Source: Macrostomum lignano (taxonomy: Eukaryota). Taken from it: DNA of 64,000 nucleotides. A model generated the notes under the pieces. The model was not told the origin of the DNA and ran no database searches. It saw only the letters and a program-made list of their open reading frames with translations. Below, in pieces: positions 24,701-37,351 of the stretch. The DNA lies in assembly GCA_002269645.1 (NCBI GenBank), contig NIVC01000681.1, positions 32,469 through 96,468 on the forward strand. Reading direction: 5' to 3'. How positions within the stretch are numbered: position 1 is the first letter of the stretch; every line of letters begins with the position of its first letter. The position numbers were made by a program, and so were the translations under genes.

Positions 24701-27092
24701 AAATATCCCTTAGGATTTGGCATCAATTCAATCTTGTTGGGATCTAGAAATATCCCTTAGGATTTGGGATCAATTATATCTTGTTGGGAACTAGAAATAT
24801 CCCTTAGGATTTGGGATCAATTCAATCTTGTTGGGATCTAGAAATATCCCTTAGGATTTGGGATCAATTCAATCTTGTTGGGAACTAGAAATATCCATTA
24901 GGATTTGGGATCAATTCAATCTTGTTGGGAACTAGAAATATCCCTTAGGATTTGGGATCAATTCAATCTTGTTGGGATCTAGAAATATCCCTTAGGATTT
25001 GGGATCAATTCAATCTTGATGGGATCTAGAAATATCCCTAAGTATTTGGGATCAATTCAATCTTGATGGGATCTAAAAATATCCCTTAGGATTTGGGATC
25101 AATCCAATCTTGTTGGGAACTAGAAATATCCATTAGGATTTGGGATCAATTCAATCTTGATGGGATCTAGAAATATCCCTAAGGATTTGGGATCAATTCA
25201 ATCTTGATGGGATCTAGAAATATCCCTAAGGATTTGGGATCAATTCAATCTTGATGGGATCTAGAAATATCCCTTAGAATTTGGGATCAATTCAATCTTG
25301 ATGGGATCCAGAAATATCCCTTAGGATTTGGGATCAATTCAATCTTGATGGGATCTAGAAATATCCCTAAGGATTTGGGATCAATTCAATCTTGATGGGA
25401 TCTAGAAATATCCCTTAGAATTTGGGATCAATTCAATCTTGATGGGATCCAGAAATATCCCTTAGGATTTGGGATCAATTTAGGATCAATTGAATCTTGT
25501 TGGGATCTAGAAATATCCTTAAACATTTGGGATCAATTTAATCTTGATGGGATCTAGGGAAGCATTTGAGATCAATTCAATCTTGATGGGATCTAAAAAT
25601 ATCCCTAAGTATTTGGGATCAATTCAATCTTGATGGGATCTAAAAATATCCCTTAGGATTTGGGATCAATCCAATCTTGTTGGGAACTAGAAATATCCAT
25701 TAGGATTTGGGATCAATTCAATCTTGTTGGGATCTAGAAATATCCCTTAGGATTTGGGATCAATTCAATCTTGATGGGATCTAAAAATATCCCTTAGGAT
25801 TTGGGATCAATCCAATCTTGTTGGGATCTAGAAATATCCCTTAGGATTTGGGATCAATTCAATCTTGATGGGATCTAGAAATATCCCTAAGGATTTGGGA
25901 TCAATTCAATCTTGTTGGGAACTAGAAATATCCCTTAGGATTTGGGATCAATTCAATCTTGATGGGATCTAGAAATATCCCTAAGTATTTGGGATCAATT
26001 CAATCTTGATGGGATCTAAAAATATCCCTTAGGATTTGGGATCAATCCAATCTTGTTGGGAACTAGAAATATCCCTTAGGATTTGGGATCAATTCAATCT
26101 TGTTGGGATCTAGAAATATCCCTTAGGATTTGGCATCAATTCAATCTTGATGGGATCTAGAAATATCCCTTAGGATTTGGGATCAATTCAATCTTGATGG
26201 GATCTAAAAATATCCTTTGAAAGTTAGGAGAAATTCAGTCTTTCTATTTTACAGTCTAAAAATCACAAAATGCTGTGCCTGAAGAGTGGCCACCAACCCG
26301 CATGTGCGCAGTTCCGCCAACATTAATTCGGTTCTTGTGCATCTCAACGACGGAGCCAGGGATCTGCTGATGCTGTTGTTGGTGTTGTTGCATCATCAAG
26401 CTCCCAAACGTCATAGAAACCGACGATGGCCCAGCATCCGTCATAGTAGGACAATCTTCATCAACTAAACCAGCATCATCATCCTCATCATCATCATCAT
26501 CAATAATAACGATTGTGTTAAGCGGATTAGGAGATTCAGCCTCTTTAACGCTACAATCTCCTCGATGATGCCTCCATTGGCTACTATTTGCAGTAGTATT
26601 ATCAGCAGTTGAATTCAAATCTGGTTTCGGCGACATACTGGGCGGCTCAGCTAATTCTTCATCATCATCAGCATCAGCATGGCGTTCCAGCTTCACGGGA
26701 CAGACTTCTCGATCAGTCGATAAGCGTCGTTTTAACGACGGAATAGAATTAAGCTGACCACGACTCAGACTATCACTATTCTCATCCGAGTTCTCATTGC
26801 CAATATTTTCATGTCTATTTATTGTTTGCTCATTGTCGTTACTAGCAGTAGTATCAGTAGTAGTTGGCGCATTATTAGAATCTAGATTATTTAATTTGCG
26901 TTGCAGATCGGTAGCGCAAGGCTGCATAGCGCCAATCAGTTGAATGTGCAGATTGGCTGTCAGTCGCATGGCGCCAAGGAGCTCGTCCATAGACATGCTG
27001 TCTAGCAGCATGCCAGCGTTGAGAAGGGTGGACTCAAACAGTGTCAGGGCTGAGAATGGCAGCACTGGTGCTGAGGAGGCGGTAGCTGCCAT
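21774..27092 (-). CDS. C14orf93-like domain protein, paralogue A (~459 aa, 5 exons)
   Basis: Exons 27092-26298, 24378-24311, 24224-24130, 23721-23636, 22109-21774 join in frame (phases 0,2,1,0). Gives ...SVLKEAYKTLRGSGPHLFDFSKPWTENSNQTV...WLSACYLEF...KLGRRQKAF...RDVTSSDEED..LRVRDLPWQSDRMREMKQRLD...SSRSVP..PQWA, matching the recalled C14orf93 C-terminal motif order (GACVAYF, MSDEED, P.FR, LD, SDRLP). Confidence 0.75.
22137..23530. repeat. 23-bp minisatellite (tctagtggcgcttaaatagatgg)n
   Basis: Fills the last intron of paralogue A. Confidence 0.95.
23795..24015. repeat. ~35-bp repeat (gtgctcaaaactggggagttccaggtgttacaggt)n
   Basis: About 6 copies in intron 24129-23722. Confidence 0.9.
24440..26215. 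repeat. 47-bp minisatellite (gggatctagaaatatcccttaggatttgggatcaattcaatcttgtt)n
   Basis: Fills the first intron of paralogue A. Confidence 0.95.
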
Positions 27093-27239
27093 GATAAATG
27101 ATAGATTTTATTCTAAATTCTATTTAAAACTTGCTCTGTACTTCCGTTCGATAGGCTCCATAAAATTTAATCAGCGAGTGCGTTCAGATCCGGTGTGCTT
27201 AATAAATAGCAAAGTTGATTATGAAAAACTGCTAGTGTT

Positions 27240-28040
27240 CCAGATCATGATCAAGGTGGAAAATAGATCCCATCAATAGGAATCCCATCTCATGATCGTA
27301 GGAATCCCATCTCATGATCAAGGTGGAAAATAGATCCCATCAATAGGAATCCCATCTCATGATCGTAAGAATCCCATCTCATGATCAAGTTGGAAAATAG
27401 ATCCCATCAATAGGAATCCCATCTCATGATCAAGTTGGAAAATAGATCCCATCAATAGGAATCCCATCTCATGATCAAGTTGGAAAATAGATCCCATCAA
27501 TAGGAATCCCATCTCATGATCAAGTTGGAAAATAGATCCCATCAATAGGAATCCCATCTCATGATCAAGGTGGAAAATATATCCCATCAATAGGAATCCC
27601 ATCTCATGATCAAGGTAGAAAATAGATCCCATCAATAGGAATCCCATCTCATGATCAAGTTGGAAAATAGATCCCATCAATAGGAATCCCATCTCATGAT
27701 CAAGTTGGAAAATAGATCCCATCAATAGGAATCCCATCTCATGATCAAGTTGGAAAATAGATCCCATCAATAGGAATCCCATCTCATGATCAAGTTGGAA
27801 AATAGATCCCATCAATAGGAATCCCATCTCATGATCAAGTTGGAAAATAGATCCCATCAATAGGAATCCCATCTCATGATCAAGATGGAAAATAGATCCC
27901 ATCAATAAGAATCCAATCTCATGATAAAGTTGGAAAACAGATCCCATCTCATGATCAAGTTGGAAAACAGATCCCATCTCATGATCCAAGTTGGAAAACA
28001 GATCCCATCTCATGATCAAGTTGGACAACAGATACCATCA
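27240..28040. repeat. 45-bp minisatellite (atctcatgatcaagttggaaaatagatcccatcaataggaatccc)n
   Basis: Tandem copies just upstream of the paralogue A start codon. Confidence 0.95.
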
Positions 28041-28459
28041 ACAAGAATTCCGAGCTACATAAAGAGAATCAAATAGGATTATTAACCCAGAGACTTCGTT
28101 CTGAGAAATCTGAATATAATATTGTTAAAGATAGTAAGTAATAGAAAGCAGTGTATTCGTTTAATTTTACAACACTTTTCAGCAATGCAGAAATGAATGC
28201 CAAAAATTATTGGCAATTAGACAAATTACAAAATGCACTGAATTTAAACACTCGTAGATATACATGTATATACATATTTTTAAATAAACACGGCGATTTT
28301 AACGAACAGGTTTTGGGATTGCACTTCTCCAAACGTAATGACTAATCAATTATTAGTTACTGACAACGTAAAAACAGAGACTAGCTAAATAAAATCTTAA
28401 ATTATTAAAATTCATGTCCTGCAATCAGAAAGGACTACTAAATATCATGGCGGACGTAA

Positions 28460-28960
28460 TGATATCAGAAGATACCGGTTGGATGTTGAGATAATGGTTG
28501 GGTGCTAGAAAATACCGGTTGCTTGTCAGAAAATACAAGGTGTCAGGAGATACCGGTTGAGTGTCAGGGGATACCGGTTGGGTGTCAGGAGATACCGGTT
28601 AGATGACAGGGGATACCGGTTGTGTGTCAGGAGAGACAACTGGGTGTCAGGAGATACCAGTTGGGTGTCAGGAGAGACAACTGGGTGTCAGGAGATACCA
28701 GTTGGGTGTCAGGAGAGACAACTGGGTGTCAGGAGATACCAGTTGGGTGTCAGGAGAGACAACTGGGTGTCAGGAGATACCAGTTGGGTGTCAGGAGAGA
28801 CAACTGGGTGTCAGGAGATACCAGTTGGGTGTCAGGAGAGACAACTGGGTGTCGGGAGATACCAGTTGGGTGTCAGGAGATACCAGTTGGGTGTCAGTAG
28901 ATACCAGTTGGGTGTCAGGAGATACCAGTTGGGTGTCAGGAGAAACCGGCTGGGGGTCAG
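28460..28960. repeat. 41-bp dimeric minisatellite (gggtgtcaggagataccagtt / gggtgtcaggagagacaact)
   Basis: Alternating 21- and 20-bp units. Confidence 0.9.
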
Positions 28961-29048
28961 AAAAATACTACTTGATGTCAAGCCAGGACATTTGGTTGCC
29001 GGAATTCAAATTAGTAAATTGTCAACTGATTCAGCAAGAGTCAATTGA

Positions 29049-32000
29049 TTAGTTACTGCCGCTACTACTAGCTCCAGCAGTAGTATTGTCAGCAGCTGCA
29101 GCAGGCTTCCTAGCCCAGTCTAAACCGTCGTAAACAGGCGCTGGTCGATCAGAGTACACGCCAGATTGTCGACGAACAACCGGAGCAGAGGCTGCTGCGA
29201 CGGAGTCCAGCCGATTCTTCAGCTGACGCAGCTCCTCGCTCTCCCAGGTGAGCTCGCGAACTCGAAGCGGTTGGCTCTGCTCGTCGGCTGTTTGTTGATC
29301 AACACCGTCGCCTGCTGTCGAAGTGTCCTCTTCGTCTGAGCTGGTGTAGTCTCGATTGAGCACTGCCGACTCAATTTTGGTTCGGGTGGCGGGGTCAAGC
29401 TCTGATCTGATCGAATCGTAGGCTTTCTGGCGACGGTTCAGCTTCTGGGTAAGGGAGAGCGGGTCAGGTGTTTTAGAGCCAAAATTGTTTCCATATCGAT
29501 TGAGTAGGCTTTACACGTGAGAGCGTCACTTTACAGGCTATTAGGACATTAGCCTGCAGGTTACTAGGACATTAGCCTACAGGCTATTGGGACATTAGCC
29601 TGCAGGCTATTAGGGCATTAGCCTACAGGCTATTAGGACAGTGCCTACAGGCTATTAGGAAATTAGCCTGCAGGCTATTAGGACATTAGTATATCTACAG
29701 GCTATTTGGACATTAGCCTAGAGGCTATTAGGACATTAGCATGCAGGCTATTAGGACATTAGCCTGCAGGCTATTAGGGCATTAGCCTACAGGCTATTAG
29801 GACAGTAGCCTACAGGCTATTAGGAAATTAGCCTGCAGGATATTAGGACATTGGTCTACAGGCTATTAGGACAGTGCCTACAGGCTATTAGGAAATTAGC
29901 CTGCAGGCTATTAGGACATTAGTCTACAGGCTATTAGGACAGTGCCTACAGGCTATTAGGACATTAGCCTGCAGGATATTAGGACATTAGTCTACAGGCT
30001 ATTAGGACATTAGCCTGCAGGATATTAGTCTACAGGCTATTAGGACAGTAGCCTACAGGATATTAGGACATTAGCCTGCAGGATATTAGGAAATTAGTCT
30101 ACAGGCTATTAGGACAGTGCCTACAGGCTATTAGGAAATTAGCCTGCAGGCTATTAGGACAGTAGCCTACAGGATATTAGGAAATTAGCCTGCAGACTAT
30201 AAGGACATCAGTCTATCTACAGGCTTTTAGGACATTAGCCTACAGCTATGAGCAGGTTAGCCTACAGGATATTAGGACATTAATTAGCCTACAGGCTATT
30301 AGGACATTAGCCTACAGGCTATTAGGATATTAACCTACAGGTTATTAGGACATTTGCCAACCAACAGACCATAAAGAGATTAACCCATCAACTTTAAAAT
30401 TTAGTACATATATTAGAACAAAAAACTTTAGTCTGACATGCACATAAGTGACAAATTATTGTTAAATGAGACTGCAATGCAGGCCCAGACAGCACTTCAT
30501 TGGCTGATGCAACTCACAACCTGCAGCCTAATCAAAGATGACACCTTTCCCTTACGCTGCTGCTCCTTGAAATTTCGTTTTAAAAATTGATTGTACCAAC
30601 TATGAAAGTATTTGTTAGCGGCGTCTGAAAGTTAATTGAAAATTGAGGTTGACTTTTTATGGGCATTAGTTAGCTACTACTCACAGTAAAATATAAAAAA
30701 TTGTAAGCATTGCATGGCCAAAAAATTAATTTTTTTCTAGAAATCTATTTAGAGACAGAAAGCAGATGAAAACGGTACCCAGGCCGTAGGAGTAGGAACG
30801 TTTCAAAAATTGGGGGGTCAGGACTCGTTTTAGCGCCGCAGACACTCATTTTGACGCCGCAGGCACCCATTTTAGCGCCGCAGGCACCCATTTTAGCGCC
30901 GCAGGCACTCATTTTGACGCCGCAGGCACTCATTTTAGCGCCGCAGGCACCCATTTTAGCGCCGCAGGCACTCATTTTGACGCCGCAGGCACCCATTTTA
31001 GCGCCGCAGGCACTCATTTTAGCGCCGCAGGCACTCATTTTGACGCCGCAGGCACCCATTTTAGCGCCGCAGGCACTCATTTTAGCGCCGCAGGCACTCA
31101 TTTTGACGCCGCAGGCACCCATTTTAGCGCCGCAGGCACTCATTTTAGCGCCGCAGGCACTCATTTTGACGCCGCAGGCACCCATTTTAGCGCCGCAGGC
31201 ACTCATTTTAGCGCCGCAGGCACTCATTTTAGCGCCGCAGGCACCCATTTTAGCGCCGCAGGCACTCATTTTAGCGCCGCAGGCACTCATTTTGACGCTG
31301 CAGGCACTCATTTTAGCGCCGCAGGCACTTATTTTAGCGCCGCAGGCACCCATTTTAGCGTCGCAGGCGCTATGTTTTGTCGTCCTGCAGCAAAATGCAT
31401 TCATGCAATGCAGCAAAAAGTCTACATTTTACATTTAAAATGTGGAGGGGCCAGATACCATTACTGGCCCCACTGTCCATCCCCGTTTCTACGCCTATGA
31501 CCCAGGCTAAGAAGCGTCCCGGAGTCACTTGCGCCGCTCCAGAGGCTTTTCAATCTGGTTGCAGGTAACACGGGTAAAATAGGAAATAAGTGACTCCAGA
31601 CAACTCTTAAACGATGAGATGTCACGGTACAAGTCGCCAAAGAGAGCCAATTTGAGGCGTTTTATTGTCTGCGACTCTGAAACGACTCTATGACCGTACA
31701 GTTGTATCTGAGACATGTTCAAGTCGCTGTAGAATCACTGAGTTGCGTTTAAAGCGCATTTATACCAACACTATTCAGTCTACTTGAGTCAGTAGAAAGT
31801 TAAGCGCCAACACAACTTTTTTGTGACTCTTTCACGATTCTGCAACTGGCGTGATGACGTCATTAAAAAGTCGCAAGAGTCGCCTCAGAGACGCTAGAGT
31901 CACTAGTGAGGTGATGGAAATTAATCTTTAGCGATTATTGTCACGGAAGAACTTATTTAACAAAGTACCAATCTTACCGATATGTAGCGTAAATAGCTTT

Positions 32001-35000
32001 ATAAGGCTAAAATATAAATATAACACACACGGCCCAAAATCTTAAACGAACCCAGCTTACAAAAAAAATATTCTTCTGCCGATCAAACGACTTCTGGACT
32101 TGTACTTGCAAGCGTCGTTTTTTAGCGCAAGGCTTCAACGTCCAAGTGTAGTAATTCTGCATGTAAATATTGCTAGACCCTAGAATTCAGAACCGCAAAT
32201 CGTCATTAAATCTGTAATCAACAGAAGAAAACAAACAAAATAAACCAGAGACCAACAAATGTAGCGAAAAATCGGCCTTCAAAACAAACGACTACGATTA
32301 TAACAAAAGTATTTTTCTAAAAGACATAGATAAGTTAGGAGGCTTACAACAGCAACGCTGCGCACTTTGGCGACTGTAGCATCAATTCTCAGTTGGTTTT
32401 GAGCTCTCTTAGCGCTTGGCTTCAGATTGCAACGAAACCACCTGGCAACGTAGGCACCAGCCACACCTGCAAACAAATTATTTTATTGCACAACAATTTT
32501 CGAATCTATATAGTTAATTGAAAAACAACATACATGACAAGCTAATTGACAAAATCTGCGCAAAATGTTTTTGTCAGATCTAGAACTACTATAAGTAGGA
32601 TAAAATATGAGGCATTATATTTTTGTTAAAACAGTGGATTACCCGAAATATTAAGCTAATTAGTTGATTATAATCATACAAATGAATTTGAGTGCAACTA
32701 GTAACAGATTGCACTATTAAAACGTTATGAAACAAAACAAGTAAAGAACGAAAAAATATTTTAAACGGCCTTGCAATGCGCAAATTTCGCTACATTAGCT
32801 TAAATGCACTACTTAAATTAGAAATGCACACATTTTTTTATTTTTTATTTAAACTTTAGGACTTTAAACTACTAAAGCCGATGAAACAGACATCTACGCC
32901 AAGAAGCATCCCAGAGCCATTTGCATCGCCCCATATTCGTTGCCGGTGTTAGCAGGTAAAATAGGAAAGAAGTGACTTTTTTTAGACGACACACTCAAAC
33001 AAGATGTCACGGTGCAAGCCGCCAAAAAATTGTCAAAGAGTCGCCCAAAAATCACTTTGAAGCGTTCTATCTCACATAAATCAGAGTCACATCTGACATG
33101 AATCAGAGTCACATCTCACATGAATCAGAGTCACATCTCACATGAATCAGAGTCACATCACACATGAATCAGAGTCACATCTCACATGAATCAGAGTCAC
33201 ATATCACATGAATCACAGTCACATCTCACATGAATCAGAGTCACATCTCACATGAATCAGAGTCACATCTCACATGAATCAGAGTCACATCTCACATGAA
33301 TCAGAGTCACATCTCACATGAATCAGAGTCACATCTCACATGAATCAGAGTCACATCTCACATGAATCAGAGTCACATCTCACATGAATCAGAGTCACAT
33401 CTCACATGAATTAGTCACATATCACATGAATCAGAGTCACATCTCACATGAATTAGAGTCACATCTCACATGAATCAGAGTCACATATCACATGAATTAG
33501 TCACATATCACATGAATCAGAGTCACATCTCACATGAATTAGTCACATCTCACATGAATCAGAGTCACATCTCACATGAATTAGTCACATCTCACATGAA
33601 TCAGAGTCACATCTCACATGAATTAGTCACATCTCACATGAATCAGAGTCACATCTCACATGAATCAGAGTCACATCTCACATGAATCAGAGTCACATCT
33701 CACTTGAATCAGAGTCACATCTCACTTGAATCAGAGTCACATCTCACATGAATTAGAGTCACATCTCACATGAATCAGAGTCACATCTCACATGAATCAG
33801 AGTCACATCTCACTTGAATTAGAGTCACATCTCACATGAATTAGAGTCACATCTCACATGAATAGCTATTACTATATTCTTCAGAAGACAAACAAAAACT
33901 GAAAAATTCTCACTGTGCCAAGCGGCTATGTTAGCCGGTTTGTGCGGACCCAGCTCGAGAGCCCGTTCGATAACCTTAGCAGCCGCTCGAACATTCGCTG
34001 CGGCAGAGTAGGACAAATTAAAATCGAATACATCGGTACCGCTTTCATCTTTCAACACTCGGTAAGCTTTACGAAGTGTTGTCTTCCATTCGTTAGATAA
34101 TTCGCCTGGAAAATTGTCGGACATTGTCATTGAGACATTTTCACTGCTGCTGGACAGTCGAGGCACTTTGGGGGCTGCCGGCTGGCTGCCTGTATCGAAC
34201 AGAGGGCGCATATCTGTCTCAATTAGTATGCAGTCGTCTTCTTCTTCTAGCTGCTCTTCTGCTAAAGTTTCCTGCATTGATTCCGTTTTAGGGCCGTCTA
34301 GGATTTGCTTGCCACTGCAGATAGCTACGGATGACGGGACAGCAGCAGCAGCAGCAGCAGTCGTGGCAGGTGGTGGAGGGCACTGGGTGAGAGAAAAGAA
34401 CAATTTTAATTAGTTTGGCTTTCAGAGTTCCTGACTAATGACTTCATTTGTTTAACAAATATGCTTCCCTACCACCACTGTTGCTTCCCTACAACCATTG
34501 TTGCTTCCCTACAACCATTGTTGCTTCCCTCCCCCACTGTTGCTTTCCTCCCCCACTGTTGCTTCCCTCACCCACTGTTGCTTCCCTCCCCCACTGTTGC
34601 TTCCCTCCCCCCACTGTTGCTTCCCTCCCCCCACTGTTGCTTCCCTCCCCCACTGTTGCTTCCCTCCCCCCACTGTTGCTTCCCTCCCCCACTGTTGCTT
34701 CCCCACCCCTAGTGTTGCTTCTTTTTCCCACAGTCTTAGCCAAACAACATACCAAACTGTGCTCATCAGCCACATTAGCCAGTCGCTGCACAGTGGGATC
34801 CAGCACCTCTAACAGGTGGCCATGGAGCTGAGCAACAATTTTAAAAGCCAAAAGCAGATCCCGCACAGCCATGCTATCAATAAGCATAGTGGCACTAGAA
34901 ATGGTGCACTCAAACATGGTCAGCGGAGAGAATGTGCCAGCAGAAGCAGCACTTTGAGAATTTGAATGTGGCATATAGGATGCAGCTGTGGCGGCCATTG

Positions 35001-35043
35001 CTTTAGTTTTGATTGACAGTGGGAAATATGCATGCATTGGCAT
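29049..35043 (-). CDS. C14orf93-like domain protein, paralogue B (~450-460 aa, 5 exons)
   Basis: Exons 35043-34732, 34382-33914, 32466-32348, 32156-32061, 29444-29049 join in frame. Shares with A the N-terminal FSPLTMFECT..MLIDSM motif, TTLRKAYRVL..FDF, and the last exon KLNRRQKAY...RDYTSSDEED..LRVRELTWESEELRQLKNRLD...SDRPAP..DWA. Exons 3-4 are less certain. Confidence 0.7.
29530..30355. repeat. ~22-23-bp minisatellite (ctacaggctattaggacattagc)n
   Basis: Tandem copies in the last intron of paralogue B. Confidence 0.9.
30830..31370. repeat. 21-bp minisatellite (ttttagcgccgcaggcactca)n
   Basis: Tandem copies in the last intron of paralogue B. Confidence 0.95.
31500..31670. repeat. Dispersed repeat, copy 1 (homologous to 32895-33070)
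   Basis: Shared colinear blocks aagaagc.tccc.gag, gtaaaataggaaa.aagtgact, agatgtcacggt.caag.cgccaa. Confidence 0.7.
32895..33070. repeat. Dispersed repeat, copy 2
   Basis: Same blocks as 31500-31670; runs directly into the 22-bp array at 33075. Confidence 0.7.
33075..33862. repeat. 22-bp minisatellite (ctcacatgaatcagagtcacat)n
   Basis: Tandem copies in intron 33913-32467. Confidence 0.95.
34462..34720. repeat. ~20-bp minisatellite (ccactgttgcttccctcccc)n
   Basis: Fills the first intron of paralogue B, starting just after the donor. Confidence 0.9.
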
Positions 35044-35521
35044 AATAGTTGTACTGTCTTTTATAGTTTTAAATAATTTACTTATAAAATTTTATTCATG
35101 CAACTTACAATGTAAGATGTAATTTAAGTGCTCATAGTTTCATACATGCGCAATCCCCAGGTAAAGGGCCTACCTGAACAAATACAGACGTAATACTAAT
35201 TAGATGACGAGGCATTTAGCCCAAATAGTAAAGTTATAGTTACTACCACTGTTTACCCACTAACGTTAATTTTTCTTATATTTCTTTCACATTTGTTGAT
35301 CAGAGTTTCATGGTCAGTGTAAATCGGGGGGGGGGGGTAGCGCATATATGCGTACTTTTGAAAATTACCTAAATGTTTACTTTGTTATCATTTTGCATTT
35401 TACATAAAGAGGCTACTAGGCCTACTCCAAGAAAGGAAAAAAGGAAAAGGGGAAACAAGGAAACAAATGTTCATAGAAGAGGAAATAGAAAAAAAGGAGA
35501 AAGAAAACAAAAAGGAAGTTA

Positions 35522-36301
35522 TGAGGGCTGCCCCAAAAGTAGTGCTACTTTTCACTACATCTCTTGTTCTATTGATCTAAATAACATAATTTTGCACAGA
35601 TTTTTAGTTGAAACTTTCTTCTTCATATTAACTTTAATATCCTTAAAAACAGGCAATGGAAACAAAAGTTATTAACTAAAATGTAGCAGGACCTTGACCA
35701 TAGACTTACAGTAAGTCAACAAGTTAACAAAATTTCAAAGTGGTAGCTGACAAATGGGTAATTAGCTGCAGTGAATGCTGCAAAATGACTGCGGTAAATG
35801 ACTGCTAAGACACATGAGCCAATAAAAGTTGAGCATAAATCTTAGCTCAACTCTGCCCTATCCCCCAAAGGGTGTATATCACACTTCTGAGCAATACTTG
35901 AATGCACATCTAGGACTTTTAGTGCAGCAAAAGGAGGGAACAAAAAGCAATAAAGCTTAAGCCCAATTTGAAATATTCTACTGCTTTAAAAGCTATATGC
36001 TTTTACAAGTTTTTCCATAGATATATCTTTGTCATAGCAGCCTAACAAGGAAGTCTGAGTGCATTCAATCAAAAGTACTTTTGCTACTTTCCGCTAGCTG
36101 GTCAAATTACTATAAGTCTATGATCCAGCTATTGCTAAACTTTTGCTCATAACTTTTATTTCTATATTGTCTATTTTTAATGATGTTAAAGTTGATATGA
36201 AGAAGAGAGTTGCTGCTATAAATCTATGCAAAATTATGTTTTTTGGATTAGTAGAACAAGAGATATAGTGAAAAGTATCACTACTTTTGGGACAGCCCTC
36301 A
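35522..36301. mobile_element. Non-autonomous mariner/Tc1-type element with ~165-bp terminal inverted repeats
   Basis: TA|tgagggctgccccaaaagtagtg... at 35522 and reverse complement ...ctacttttgggacagccctca|TA ending 36301. Inverted similarity continues ~165 nt; the TA flanks fit a Tc1/mariner TSD; no transposase ORF. Confidence 0.8.
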
Positions 36302-37351
36302 TATAACAAGATTACTTGAATAAACCACATTGCATTTTTTGTTAAAAGTAAGTTACATAGCTAGTACTATAAATTAGGACATTGTGGTTGCCAATATATA
36401 CAAATAAAGAACAATAAGAAATTATTATAAGCTTTTAAATATATTACCTTATTAAAAACCTTATGTTTTAGTTTCCTTTATTTATTTATAAATGTTTATT
36501 TTAAAAATCTTATGCTACTAATAAAAATAGAAATGCTTTGCCTTTAGGAATAAAGAACATACATATGGAATACACATACATTGCCATTTAGTAGAATATT
36601 TCTAATTCCAATAATACTAATTACGATATAATCTATTCTAGAAATAAGCAGAGTCATATGGCAAAACCATATAAATAGTATTTTTTTATATTGGCAATGG
36701 TATAGGACCTTTGAAATAAATACAACTATTAAAAAAAGGTTAAACTTCTCTTGTATAACAATATAAGCTTATTAGCATGATTAGAACTAGGATAGGCTAG
36801 AATATACAAAGGTATATTCAGCATGCCAGGGAAGTATGAAAGACTAGGCCTATGGGCTATGGTCTGCGATGCTTCATGCCTACCCATATCTCTAGTAGGT
36901 CAAGGCTAGTGGGAGGTCTATACCCTCTGTTTGTCTCTGATAGCTGCAGACCCCCCCACACTATCTTTAAGTCAACTTAGGGGTACTCATCCCCGCATGT
37001 GTTCAAGGCAAACCCTAGGGCTGCTAGACTGACTAGGCTCCAATGCTACTAACCTATCTAGTAGCTTTGACTGAACTTAGATATGCAGGTCTAGCTTGCA
37101 AGCTTGCAAGCTATGGTACTGCTTAATGTACCCCATAATGTGTAAGGTGTTTGACAATGCAAATGGGCTAGAAGGCCAGGGGATTATCTGGTTGCTAACA
37201 GTCTTTTTTCTTTTTCTTTTTCCTCTTTTTGTGACTTAGCTCACTTTCTCCCATTTTCAGCTATGGCATCCTTTGCTTCTTTTAATCCCGCTGAAGCTGG
37301 GACCCCAACAATTTTGGCCAGTGACTTTGGCACCAATATTGCACTACAAGG

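Noticed and set aside
22137-28040. CRISPR-like appearance of 23-47-bp repeat arrays
   Set aside because: Units are contiguous with no unique spacers, there are no cas genes, and the context is eukaryotic and intronic.
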